Shown: piece after piece, positions 18,737 to 27,743 of the stretch
Numbering within the stretch: the stretch's first letter is position 1
How the letters are laid out: each line of letters starts with the position of its first letter
Assembly: GCA_016214565.1 (NCBI GenBank)
Contig: JACROE010000002.1
Coordinates: 1,048,007-1,112,006 of the forward strand
Source: Candidatus Kerfeldbacteria bacterium
GTDB taxonomy: Bacteria > Patescibacteriota > Patescibacteriia > UBA10025 > JAHIVO01
Direction: 5' to 3'
Length of the DNA: 64,000 nt
The notes under the pieces: generated by a model
Seen by the model: the letters and a program-made list of their open reading frames with translations, nothing else
The model's database searches: none
Told to the model about the DNA's origin: nothing
Position numbers and translations under genes: made by a program

Positions 18737-19957
18737 ATGGCAGAATACCAATATACCGCCAGAACACCTGAAGGAAAACTAGTAAAAGACCGAATGCGAG
18801 CAAAAAGTACAGATGCGCTTGCAGACGATTTGAAAAATAAGGGTCTTATTCTTACTCAAGCCAAGGAAATGAGGCCAGGTGGAGGCACTAATTTTTTTCA
18901 GTCAATGATGAATTCAATGAGCGGTGTGCCAATAGTCGACAAAATATTTTTTACGCAAAACTTGTCGATTATGGTGAAAACTGGCTTTTCATTATCTCAA
19001 GCGCTAAAGACGCTTTCGGCACAAACATCAAATAAGAAATTTAAGGGCATCATTGATGATATTCGAAGCGACGTGGAGAGCGGCGCAGCTTTGTCAAACT
19101 CACTTCAGCGTTTTCCTAAAGTATTTCCCGAAATTTTTGTAAACATGATATCGGCTGGTGAAGCCAGCGGTAAGCTCGATGAAATATTAATTACGCTGAC
19201 GAATCAAATGAAAAAAGATCATCAGATTGTCAGCAAAGTTCGCGCAGCACTGACGTATCCCTCTATAGTCATTTTTGCCATGATTGTGATCGGCGTAGTC
19301 ATGATGGTTACCGTCGTCCCCCAGCTACTTTCAGTATTTGACGAGTCCACCACTGAATTGCCGGTGACTACAAAGATATTGGTTGCTTTTAGCGACCTGC
19401 TGAAAAATTATTTACTGTACGTAGTCGGCTTCGTCGCTGTTCTCGCAGTAGCATTTCTTCGCTTTCGCAAAACGAAGTCAGGGAAAAAATTAATTCATGC
19501 TACCATTTTGAAATTGCCGCTTATTTCTCCAGTGGTAAAAAAAGTTAATTTAGCCCGTTTTACTCGAACACTCAGCTCTTTGCTCAAAACTGATATTCCC
19601 ATTGTTCAAACTATGCAGATTATTTCAAAAGTATTGGGCAATGTGCATTACAGCAATGCAGTACTCATCGCCTCAGAACAAGTGAAAAAAGGTGTTAGTA
19701 TTGTAAAAACGTTAGAAAATGAATCAAAACTTTTTCCGCCAATTGTCACTCAAATGATTAGTGTCGGTGAGGAAAGCGGTACTCTGGATAGTATTACTGA
19801 AGAAATTGCTGATTTTTACGAAGAAGATGTGGATCAAACATTGAATACGCTTTCCAGTGTAATTGAACCTATTCTTATGCTTTTTATCGGAGGCGCTGTT
19901 GCTTTTCTAGCCTTATCAGTATTGCAACCTATGTATGGATTGGTCGAGGCGATTTAA
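18737..19957 (+). CDS. pilC: type IV pilus platform protein PilC (GspF family)
   Basis: 406 aa with two T2SSF repeats and 3 TM helices. Confidence 0.85.
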   Translation: MAEYQYTARTPEGKLVKDRMRAKSTDALADDLKNKGLILTQAKEMRPGGGTNFFQSMMNSMSGVPIVDKIFFTQNLSIMVKTGFSLSQALKTLSAQTSNKKFKGIIDDIRSDVESGAALSNSLQRFPKVFPEIFVNMISAGEASGKLDEILITLTNQMKKDHQIVSKVRAALTYPSIVIFAMIVIGVVMMVTVVPQLLSVFDESTTELPVTTKILVAFSDLLKNYLLYVVGFVAVLAVAFLRFRKTKSGKKLIHATILKLPLISPVVKKVNLARFTRTLSSLLKTDIPIVQTMQIISKVLGNVHYSNAVLIASEQVKKGVSIVKTLENESKLFPPIVTQMISVGEESGTLDSITEEIADFYEEDVDQTLNTLSSVIEPILMLFIGGAVAFLALSVLQPMYGLVEAI

Positions 19958-20909
19958 TACACAGACGTACACCTCATCTGGTTTTAGCATTATTGAATCT
20001 GTTGTTACCATTGGATTAACCAGCATTCTTATCATATTGTTTGGTGCAACGTACACCGCCACTACGACTGACCGCTACCTCCATCACCGCTCACTCGCAT
20101 ATATCGCAGCAGCGGAGGAGCTTGAAATTATTCGCAATACTGATTTTGACACTCTCGATACACGAACAAACGCTCCCTTCATCGGCGTAGCGTACACTCA
20201 GGGTACCTGGACCGTAGAAACACTAGCGTCTCCGCCAAGTGGAACTCATGTACTTACTGTGGTACCCAACGCTTCCTACACCCCGGCGAGTCAAATATTT
20301 ATTCCTGAATTTGGCTATAAAAACTTTGACTTTTCGAGCTCATTTATGGTCAATAATAGTTCAGGAAATGGCTGGTCGGTATACTATTTCTATCGCTACC
20401 AAGACCCACAAAACTATTACTCCCTAAACATCACGAGTACCCAAGCGGTTTTGGAAAAAAAAGTTGCTGGTGTAACCAGTCAACTAGGAACCACGAGTCA
20501 CGTTTTTTCAAAAAATTCTTGGTACACATTAGCCGCAAGCGTTACGGATGGCACTTTTACCATTACGCTTGATGGCTCCCCCCTGGTAACGGGTACTGAT
20601 GCCCAAAATGAACTAACCAAAGGCAAGCTTGGCTTTGGGGGGAATGCCCAAACGCGTATGTATTTTGATTCAGTCTCAATCACTGGACTCAATACCCACA
20701 GTTATAATTTCGACAGCGATACATCAGGAAGCCTTCCTGACCAATGGCAGCGCTACGGCGTACCCCAGCTACCCAGCGCAGCTGGTTTGCTAACGATTAG
20801 CCATCCGGATCCACTTTTTGATGATTTAAAAGCTGTAACCGCGCAGGTTACCTGGTCAGAACGTGGCGCTACAAAAAGTGTTGAACTATCTACTTTAATC
20901 TCACCTTAA
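19935..20909 (+). CDS. modular type IV pilin with C-terminal LamG/ConA-like lectin domain
   Basis: Class III signal: leader MDWSRRFNTQTYTSSG, then mature FSIIESVVTIGLTSILIILFG with Glu at +5. The C-terminal ~170 aa match laminin-G/concanavalin-like patterns (W..L...TDGTFT..LDG.......NELTKGKLGFGGN....YFDSVSI). Overlaps the pilC stop by 23 nt. Confidence 0.75.
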   Translation: MDWSRRFNTQTYTSSGFSIIESVVTIGLTSILIILFGATYTATTTDRYLHHRSLAYIAAAEELEIIRNTDFDTLDTRTNAPFIGVAYTQGTWTVETLASPPSGTHVLTVVPNASYTPASQIFIPEFGYKNFDFSSSFMVNNSSGNGWSVYYFYRYQDPQNYYSLNITSTQAVLEKKVAGVTSQLGTTSHVFSKNSWYTLAASVTDGTFTITLDGSPLVTGTDAQNELTKGKLGFGGNAQTRMYFDSVSITGLNTHSYNFDSDTSGSLPDQWQRYGVPQLPSAAGLLTISHPDPLFDDLKAVTAQVTWSERGATKSVELSTLISP

Positions 20910-20912
20910 GCC

Positions 20913-21461
20913 ATGAATTTGCAGGAATTGCTCGTCACTCTCATTATCGTTGTTATAATCTTTAGCATTGTTTTTGCTTCGTATTTGACGTACATCAATG
21001 TGTACAAAGTGCAACTCGTACGAAATACGCTTTCGACCGAACTCAGCCGCATCTTTGCAGTCAGTACGAAATCAGTTCGCGGCGCTACCGAAGTAGTCGC
21101 GAGCCTCACCATAGGTGGGAATACATATACAACCGGCTCTCATACAGTAATTGTTAAATCACCTGCTATCGATGCGAATGATTTGATAGTCAACAACGCG
21201 TACGACTACTTTATTCTTACTAGCCCAGTTGGTACTCCTAATTCCTTAGTGATGATCACAGAGGCCGACCCAGCCAGTGCACGAAGCTCAACCACGACAA
21301 CCCTTACGACTCATCTCAGTTCATTACAAATTAACTACGATTCAGAAACAACGGTGGACATCTCCCGCGTAGAATTAATTCTTTCCCTGAGCCAATTTGC
21401 CGCAAATCGGACAATAACAAACACTGGCCAATCGACTATCTTTTTAAGAAACTCACCGTAG
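20913..21461 (+). CDS. pilin-like protein with non-canonical N-terminus (ComGG-like minor pilin?)
   Basis: 182 aa. Hydrophobic N-terminal helix MNLQELLVTLIIVVIIFSIVFASYL without the G-F-x-x-x-E signature. Thr/Ser-rich C-terminus. Embedded among pilin genes. Confidence 0.5.
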   Translation: MNLQELLVTLIIVVIIFSIVFASYLTYINVYKVQLVRNTLSTELSRIFAVSTKSVRGATEVVASLTIGGNTYTTGSHTVIVKSPAIDANDLIVNNAYDYFILTSPVGTPNSLVMITEADPASARSSTTTTLTTHLSSLQINYDSETTVDISRVELILSLSQFAANRTITNTGQSTIFLRNSP

Positions 21462-21463
21462 CT

Positions 21464-23245
21464 ATGCCGGCACAACGCGGACAAACAATTATTATAGTCA
21501 TTATATTTATCTCGGTATTTTTAACTATTGGAGCGACGTTGTTTGCTCAATCAAATAACACCCGTCAAATAGTACAGCGCCAAGCCGTACTAGAAAAAGC
21601 TCGTAACATCGCTGAAGCAGGCATTGCAAAAGCTACCTGGTGCTTAAATAACCCCACCGAATGCAGTAGTCCCTATACCGGCGAAACGACAACTTTTGAC
21701 AATGGCCAATTTAGCACTACATTAACGTCTGTTGGATTAAGTTATCGTATCGTCTCAACTGGTACCTATCTTTCTGTTACAAAAGTTGTGACTGAAGAAA
21801 TTACTCAGCAATCAGTTTCTTCCGGTGCATCCTTTTTTTATGGCGTTCAAGTCGGAGCCGGTGGATTAGACATGGCTAACAATAGTTATGTCAATGGTAA
21901 CGTATATTCCAATGGTTCAATTACAGCGGGTAATGGGGCATACGTCACTGGCGATGTCTATGTAGCAGGCGGAACTGCCCTTGCAACAAACCAAGAACAA
22001 ACAACAACTACATCTGATTTCCCCTTCGGGCAGGCGAGCCCCAATCCATCAGACATCGCCCAGAGTTTCAAAACAAATATTTCAGAGGTGGTTAATAAAG
22101 TAAGTCTATATTTAAAAAAGGTTGGGTCTCCTGGAAATGCTACTGTTCACATATACTCCGACAATTCCGGAAACCCAGGCACTTCTTTAACCAGCGGCAC
22201 ACTTAGTGCAAGCCTAGTCACCACAAGTTACGGTTGGGTTGATGTAACCTTTAACACCAATCCACAACTTACTGCCGGAACAACTTACTGGGTTATTGTT
22301 GACGGTGGCAGTCGGAATGACCGCTATTACATTTCTGGCAAAACCACAGATACTGCATATACAAATGGTACGGGTAAATCGAGTACTAACCTCAGCAGTT
22401 GGACGAGTGCCAGTGGCGACTTTACGTTTAAAATTTGGCTCGGCGGCATAGTCACTTCTATCAACGGATTACAAATTGGTGATAAAGGGCACACGTGCGA
22501 TAACGGCCACTATGCCACACACCATGGCAATGCCTACGCTCATCGCATCCTGAATAGCTGGGTTGAATGTGACGCTTTTTTTACTGCTGACCCCGGTGAT
22601 ATTACCGGAACCACGGTGGGTAGAACAAAGCATGCAAATAGCACGGATCCTGCTCCTGAAAATATGCCCGTATCTGATGGTCAGATCACTGAATGGAAAT
22701 CGATTGCAGAAGCAGGAGGAACTATTACGGGCGACTATACTCTTACTAATTTTGCGACTGCTACCCTTGGCCCAACAAAGATTACAGGAAATATGTTAAT
22801 CGATAACGGGGCTCAATTAACTATCCGTGGGACGATTTGGGTGTCAGGTACGATTACGTTAAGCAATGGGGCGGTTATCTCGCTTGACCCAGGCTATGGA
22901 GCAACCAGCGGCATCGTCGTAGCTGATGGTAAGATTAATGTTAATAACAACTGTGTTTTTAATGGTTCTGGTACTTCAGGCAGCTATATTATGTTTTTGA
23001 CTACCAGTAGCACGCTCGACAATGATATTATAATAAGCAATAACGCTGAAACTGTTATTTTTTACGCCGGTAATGGTATGATAAATGTGTCCAACAATGC
23101 CGCCTTAAAAGAAGCAACTGCGTATAAATTATACTTATCCAACGGCTCCACCGTGTCATATGAATCTGGATTGGCCAATGCGTCTTTCGCAAACGGCCCC
23201 GGCGGCATATGGACTACCAGTAAAACTAATTGGCTCGAATTGTAG
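21464..23245 (+). CDS. PilX_N-domain minor pilin with large C-terminal beta-helix-like repeat region (putative tip adhesin)
   Basis: 593 aa. The N-terminus MPAQRGQTIIIVIIFISVFLTIGATLFA matches the PilX N-terminal pattern (RGQ + TM). Further on there are Gly/Asn-rich repeats (NGNVYSNGSITAGNGAYVTGDVYVAGG; NNNCVFNGSGTSGSY) and a Cys/His-rich segment (GHTCDNGHYATHHGNAYAH). Confidence 0.65.
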   Translation: MPAQRGQTIIIVIIFISVFLTIGATLFAQSNNTRQIVQRQAVLEKARNIAEAGIAKATWCLNNPTECSSPYTGETTTFDNGQFSTTLTSVGLSYRIVSTGTYLSVTKVVTEEITQQSVSSGASFFYGVQVGAGGLDMANNSYVNGNVYSNGSITAGNGAYVTGDVYVAGGTALATNQEQTTTTSDFPFGQASPNPSDIAQSFKTNISEVVNKVSLYLKKVGSPGNATVHIYSDNSGNPGTSLTSGTLSASLVTTSYGWVDVTFNTNPQLTAGTTYWVIVDGGSRNDRYYISGKTTDTAYTNGTGKSSTNLSSWTSASGDFTFKIWLGGIVTSINGLQIGDKGHTCDNGHYATHHGNAYAHRILNSWVECDAFFTADPGDITGTTVGRTKHANSTDPAPENMPVSDGQITEWKSIAEAGGTITGDYTLTNFATATLGPTKITGNMLIDNGAQLTIRGTIWVSGTITLSNGAVISLDPGYGATSGIVVADGKINVNNNCVFNGSGTSGSYIMFLTTSSTLDNDIIISNNAETVIFYAGNGMINVSNNAALKEATAYKLYLSNGSTVSYESGLANASFANGPGGIWTTSKTNWLEL

Positions 23246-23247
23246 CA

Positions 23248-24324
23248 ATGTCAATATTTAACTACAATCATTTCAATAACCTAATCGGATTAGATATTAG
23301 TGATTCTAAAATTCGCTTTATTCAATTTCGCCAAAGCGGGAAAAATAAATATCGAATTATAAGCTTCAGCGAAAAATCAATTCCTCAAGATTTAATTCGA
23401 TCAGGTACGGTCAGTAACCCCGATGCAGTTACAAAACTTTTGGTTTCAATGGTAAAAGAGCCTGATTATGGAAAACTGCAGTCAAAATTTGTAAACTTCT
23501 CAGTTCCTGAAAAAAGATCATTTGTGAAGGTTGTTACCGTCCCGTTAGTACCATCTGATGAACTAGCGGGAACTGTTCGCTGGGGAATTGAACAAAACAT
23601 TCCAGTTAATATCAACGAAGTCCAATACGATTGGCACGTCGTCAAAAGCTCACCGTCCCTCGCCAAAGATAAAATGCAGTGCATGGTTGCAGTCAGCCCA
23701 AAAAATATTATCGATGGCTACGCAGATATTGTTACCCGAGCTGGTTTGGTGCCCATTTGTGCAGAAAATGAATCTGTTGCAATTTCACGGTCTCTTATTA
23801 ACACCAAAACAAATCCCGATGCGTCGATTATGATTATTGACCTTGGCAGAAGCCGAACTAATATTATTATATTTCACAATGACGCAGTTCAATTTTCATC
23901 ATCGATTGAGGTAAGTGGAAATGAAATGACTCGAGCGGTTGCCCATAAATTATCTTTATCATTTGAAGATGCTGAAAAAATTAAAATACTATACGGCCTT
24001 GATTACCACAAAGGTCGCGGACAGATAAAATCTGTACTTGAACCACTCATGGCACAATTAGTCAACAAACTGAAGGAGTACGTCCAATATTACAGCGAGT
24101 ACATGCTCGGGAAAAAATCGATAACGCAGGTTTTGCTTACTGGCAATGTAGGCAAATTATCAGGAATTCAGCAATATTTGGCTGCTCAATTAAACATTCC
24201 GATATCGATTGGCGACAGCTACACAAATATTCGCGTACTCAAGTCACACGATGAACACATTGCTAAACTTAACACGGCCTCTTATTCAACAGCGATTGGT
24301 CTGGCTTTGAAAAAAATACTATGA
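23248..24324 (+). CDS. pilM: type IV pilus assembly protein PilM (actin-like ATPase)
   Basis: Actin/FtsA-like fold, with LIGLDISDSKIRFIQF as the phosphate-1 motif. The ATG at 23248 sits 2 nt after the upstream TAG. The track's 23230 start is a TTG inside the previous gene. PilN follows via an ATGA overlap. Confidence 0.8.
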   Translation: MSIFNYNHFNNLIGLDISDSKIRFIQFRQSGKNKYRIISFSEKSIPQDLIRSGTVSNPDAVTKLLVSMVKEPDYGKLQSKFVNFSVPEKRSFVKVVTVPLVPSDELAGTVRWGIEQNIPVNINEVQYDWHVVKSSPSLAKDKMQCMVAVSPKNIIDGYADIVTRAGLVPICAENESVAISRSLINTKTNPDASIMIIDLGRSRTNIIIFHNDAVQFSSSIEVSGNEMTRAVAHKLSLSFEDAEKIKILYGLDYHKGRGQIKSVLEPLMAQLVNKLKEYVQYYSEYMLGKKSITQVLLTGNVGKLSGIQQYLAAQLNIPISIGDSYTNIRVLKSHDEHIAKLNTASYSTAIGLALKKIL

Positions 24325-24884
24325 GCCTATACCCTGGGGTGAACCTATTATCTCGCATGCAGAAAAAGCAAATTCAGCTGGAATGGTATGGTTTTGTATC
24401 AAAAAACATACTATTTATTACGGTTAGCGTATTGGCGATCACCAGTATTGTCATAATATTTTCGATTACTTTATTAGATAATCAAGCAAATAATTTAGAT
24501 GCCCAAATAGAAGATGAGCGTATCATTAAAGAAGATGGAAAGCTGTCAACCATCAACGATGCCACTGCAACGCTTAATACCACTATTGAACGTGTTCGCT
24601 CAATTCAGAAAAACTATATAAGTTGGACCGATTTTCTTACTACATTTTCAACACTTATTCCAAAGGATATTACTATCAATTCTATTTCGATTGTGGGGAA
24701 AAATCAGGAAATAAACATTTCAGGAAGCGCCCCTACTCGCGAGTCGTACCAAAATTTGTTAAAAGCATTGGAGTCAACCCCCCTGCTTTCAAATGTCCAA
24801 TCTCCTATATCAAATCTTGTACAACGAGAAAATATAACTTTTGCCATCACCGCTCAAATAACGCCTGAGGAATTGTATGAATAA
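24321..24884 (+). CDS. pilN: type IV pilus assembly protein PilN
   Basis: 187 aa, single N-terminal TM helix (ILFITVSVLAITSIVIIF), coiled coil, in PilM-N-O order. Confidence 0.7.
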   Translation: MSLYPGVNLLSRMQKKQIQLEWYGFVSKNILFITVSVLAITSIVIIFSITLLDNQANNLDAQIEDERIIKEDGKLSTINDATATLNTTIERVRSIQKNYISWTDFLTTFSTLIPKDITINSISIVGKNQEINISGSAPTRESYQNLLKALESTPLLSNVQSPISNLVQRENITFAITAQITPEELYE

Positions 24885-25389
24885 GTTTTTGAAGTACAAA
24901 CAACTATTGATTTTTGGTGGCAGCGCATCAATTGTGTTGATAGTGACTTTAGTATTATTTGTTATTCCTCAGCTACACGAAATATCCGAAGCAAAAACGA
25001 GTATACATGACAAGCGCGTTCAGCTCGAAATTTTGAAACGAGAACGATCCAATATCGAACAAACGCAGCGAGAACTTTCGAGTATTGAAGAAAATATTAA
25101 AGACTTAGAAAAAATATTTATTGATGGGGAGGAAGTGCTTAATCTTATTTCCGCATTGGAAACAGTCGCTGAAGATAATGGCGTTGAACAAGAATTGGCA
25201 TTACTCGGAGAACCAACACAAAATACATTTAGCATGAAATTAACTATTTCCTGCACGTGGGCTGAGTGTTTGAATTATTTATCAATCCTCGAGCAACTTG
25301 ATCAGTATGTCAGCTTAAGCGATCCTCTCATAACGAGGGTTAATAGTCGCTTGACCATGAGTTTTAACGCGTATGCATATACCAAATAG
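24877..25389 (+). CDS. pilO: type IV pilus assembly protein PilO
   Basis: 170 aa with a single TM helix, a coiled coil (KRVQLEILKRERSNIEQTQRELSSIEENIKDLEK), and its position after pilN. Confidence 0.65.
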   Translation: MNKFLKYKQLLIFGGSASIVLIVTLVLFVIPQLHEISEAKTSIHDKRVQLEILKRERSNIEQTQRELSSIEENIKDLEKIFIDGEEVLNLISALETVAEDNGVEQELALLGEPTQNTFSMKLTISCTWAECLNYLSILEQLDQYVSLSDPLITRVNSRLTMSFNAYAYTK

Positions 25390-25681
25390 TAAACAACTTT
25401 TTCAGCAATACTCTGTTTCAATAGTTTTTTGGCTGAAGCGTCATATTGCCCTGGCAGTAAACAGTGTAGTATTAATACTTTTGATTATTTTGGCTCAATT
25501 TATTTATACAAACGTTTATCTGAGCGTTATTAATCCAGAGCCAATCGATCAAACCGAAATAATTGCTCGCCGCAAAAAAGTCAACACTACGGAGTTCGAA
25601 ACTGCTCTCAATCAAATACAGCAAAAACAGACGCCGACAGATGGACGCGTCTTTAAGGAAATTGCCAATCCTTTTGACTAG
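25373..25681 (+). CDS. small membrane protein (possible PilP-like accessory), hypothetical
   Basis: 102 aa, one TM helix (AVNSVVLILLIILAQFIY). Last gene of the pilus operon. Overlaps the pilO end. Confidence 0.45.
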   Translation: MHIPNSKQLFQQYSVSIVFWLKRHIALAVNSVVLILLIILAQFIYTNVYLSVINPEPIDQTEIIARRKKVNTTEFETALNQIQQKQTPTDGRVFKEIANPFD

Positions 25682-25687
25682 CTCATC

Positions 25688-25716
25688 TTGACAAGCTTGA
25701 ACATACCCGATATATT
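25688..25716 (+). promoter_or_regulatory. sigma70-like promoter upstream of rpmA
   Basis: TTGACA (25688-93), a 17-nt spacer, then TATATT (25711-16). A ~60 nt leader precedes the rpmA start. Confidence 0.5.
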
Positions 25717-25777
25717 TGAAATCACAATTTTAAGCTACCCTTAACTAATAACAAAATCTTCTAACTAAATTAATGGT

Positions 25778-26056
25778 ATGGCACACGTAAAAGGAGCAGG
25801 CACTACATCACTTGGTCGCGATAGTCACGGTCAACGCTTAGGGGTCAAATTATTTGCTGGCCAAAAAGCACAAGCCGGTAATATTATTATCCGACAACGC
25901 GGTACGAAATTTCGAGCTGGCACAAACGTACGACGCGGTCTCGATGACACGTTATATGCAGAAAAAACAGGCGTTATTGCATTTTCACGACGCAAAATTC
26001 GCCGATACAACGGTAAGTTAGTATCAGCGCAATTTGTGAGTGTGAAAACTGCTTAG
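25778..26056 (+). CDS. rpmA: 50S ribosomal protein L27
   Basis: 92 aa: [29 protein letters not shown]..., a canonical L27 N-terminus. No rplU (L21) lies upstream. Confidence 0.9.
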   Translation: MAHVKGAGTTSLGRDSHGQRLGVKLFAGQKAQAGNIIIRQRGTKFRAGTNVRRGLDDTLYAEKTGVIAFSRRKIRRYNGKLVSAQFVSVKTA

Positions 26057-26085
26057 CGGCAAAAATAACTCCTTAGTTAACCTGC

Positions 26086-26113
26086 AAAACCCGAGCGATA
26101 AGCGAGGGTTTTT
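26086..26113. terminator. putative bidirectional intrinsic terminator between rpmA and pyrG
   Basis: aaaaccc-gagcgataagcga-gggttttt. A 7-bp stem flanked by an A-run and a T-run, sitting between two convergent genes. The stem is short, so confidence is modest. Confidence 0.35.
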
Positions 26114-27743
26114 AGGTACGTTCGCGCTTTACGCAGGCTCTGACAAAATCTCGGAAAAGCGGGTGCGGACGTAACGGACGCGACTTAAATTCAGGGTGGA
26201 ATTGCACACCCACAAACCAAGGATGGTCAGTTAACTCAACTATTTCGACTAACAGGCCATCTACACTAGTCCCTCCAATCCGTAATCCGGCTTGCTCAAA
26301 TTGCTCTCGGAATGCGTTATTAAATTCGTAGCGATGACGATGGCGCTCAGCAATACGCTCCTCTCCGTACGCGTGATAGCTATGCGATCCTTTTACCAGC
26401 TTGCAATCCCAGCTGCCGAGACGCATGCTGGCACCATACTCAAATTTAAGCATCTTTTTTTCCTGTTCCGGCATAATGTGAATGACTGGAAACGGGGTTT
26501 TCGCATCAAATTCAGTGCTGTTGGCGCCCTTCAATTTCACGACATTTCGAGCAAATTCTATAGTTGCGATTTGCATGCCAAGACACAAGCCAAGGTATGG
26601 AATCTTTTGTTCACGGGCATATTTAGCGGCAGCGATTTTCCCCTCTGATCCACGACTGCCAAAACCACCAGGAATAATAATACCATCAGCCGTTTTAAGC
26701 TTACTCCACTCTTTCCGATCGCGTTGTTCCAGTTTTTCCGCATCGGCCCAGTCAACCTTCAAACGAGCATTTTGGACTGCGGCAGAGGCCTTCAGGGCCT
26801 CCATAATGCTAATATAAGCGTCACCGTGCTCCACATACTTGCCCACCATGGTCAGTTGTAGTTTATGCTTACCATCCTTAATTTTTTTTACCAACGTTTT
26901 CCACGGCTGAAGATCGGGTCGGCGCGGACGCATGCTAAAATTTTTGAAAATAATTCCAGAAATGTTAAATTTTTCAAGATTTACTGGTACTTCGTAAATG
27001 GACTTAATCGTCGGGGCTGGAATGACAGCCTCAAGCGGTACATCGCAGAATTGAGCAATCTTGTCAGTCAGCTCTTTTGATACCGGATAATCAGATCGTG
27101 CCAAAATAATATCGGGCATGATGCCAGCACTTCGCAGTTCTCTTACCGACATTTGAATTGTTTTTGTTTTCAATTCATGCGAAGTCTTGAGATACGGCAT
27201 TAATGCTACGTGAACGAATAATACCCGTTCGCTGCCCAATTCTCGCCGCATTTGGCGAGCCGCTTCAAGATAGGGCTGCCCCTCAATGTCACCCACGGTT
27301 CCGCCAATTTCCATTATCAAAAAATCAGCTTTTGACTTTTCAGCAGCAATAAAGGCGCGTTCTTTTATCTTATTCGTAATATGAGGCACAATCTGAATCG
27401 TCTTACCCAGATACTTCCCTTTGCGCTCCTCAGCTAATAATTCTTGATATATTTGACCCGTCGTGACATTGCTCAGCTGACTTAAGTTTTCGTCAAAAAA
27501 ACGCTCATAGTGCCCAAGGTCAAGGTCGGTTTCCGTACCATCATCGAGCACAAAGACCTCACCATGTTGATACGGACTCATCGTACCTGGGTCAACATTT
27601 AGGTACGGGTCGAACTTAATGCTAAAGACCCGATAGTGACAAGCCTTCAGGATAGCGCCAATAGATGCCGCGGCAATACCCTTGCCTAAGCCTGAGACAA
27701 CGCCTCCAGTAACGAAAATGTAGCGGGTTTTAGTTGACGTCAT
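26112..27743 (-). CDS. pyrG: CTP synthase
   Basis: 543 aa. N-terminal synthetase P-loop YIFVTGGVVSGLGKGIAAASIG. C-terminal class I glutamine amidotransferase (GLCLGMQ). Confidence 0.95.
   Translation of the reverse strand: MTSTKTRYIFVTGGVVSGLGKGIAAASIGAILKACHYRVFSIKFDPYLNVDPGTMSPYQHGEVFVLDDGTETDLDLGHYERFFDENLSQLSNVTTGQIYQELLAEERKGKYLGKTIQIVPHITNKIKERAFIAAEKSKADFLIMEIGGTVGDIEGQPYLEAARQMRRELGSERVLFVHVALMPYLKTSHELKTKTIQMSVRELRSAGIMPDIILARSDYPVSKELTDKIAQFCDVPLEAVIPAPTIKSIYEVPVNLEKFNISGIIFKNFSMRPRRPDLQPWKTLVKKIKDGKHKLQLTMVGKYVEHGDAYISIMEALKASAAVQNARLKVDWADAEKLEQRDRKEWSKLKTADGIIIPGGFGSRGSEGKIAAAKYAREQKIPYLGLCLGMQIATIEFARNVVKLKGANSTEFDAKTPFPVIHIMPEQEKKMLKFEYGASMRLGSWDCKLVKGSHSYHAYGEERIAERHRHRYEFNNAFREQFEQAGLRIGGTSVDGLLVEIVELTDHPWFVGVQFHPEFKSRPLRPHPLFRDFVRACVKRERT

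Noticed and set aside
24321-24324. Possibility of an alternative genetic code (UGA recoded, as in some CPR lineages)
   Set aside because: TGA functions as the pilM stop in an ATGA junction, and standard-code ORFs are full-length matches to conserved proteins throughout. Standard code 11 retained.
25777-25805. Apparent 1-nt inconsistency between my hand translation of the rpmA 5' end (an extra C near 25800) and the ORF-track protein
   Set aside because: Most likely my own reading or indexing error on that line. The track's 92-aa L27 is full length and canonical, so I did not call a frameshift or pseudogene.
26292-26817. Several plus-strand ORFs (118, 111 and 65 aa) inside pyrG
   Set aside because: Antisense to a highly conserved CTP synthase gene, so spurious.
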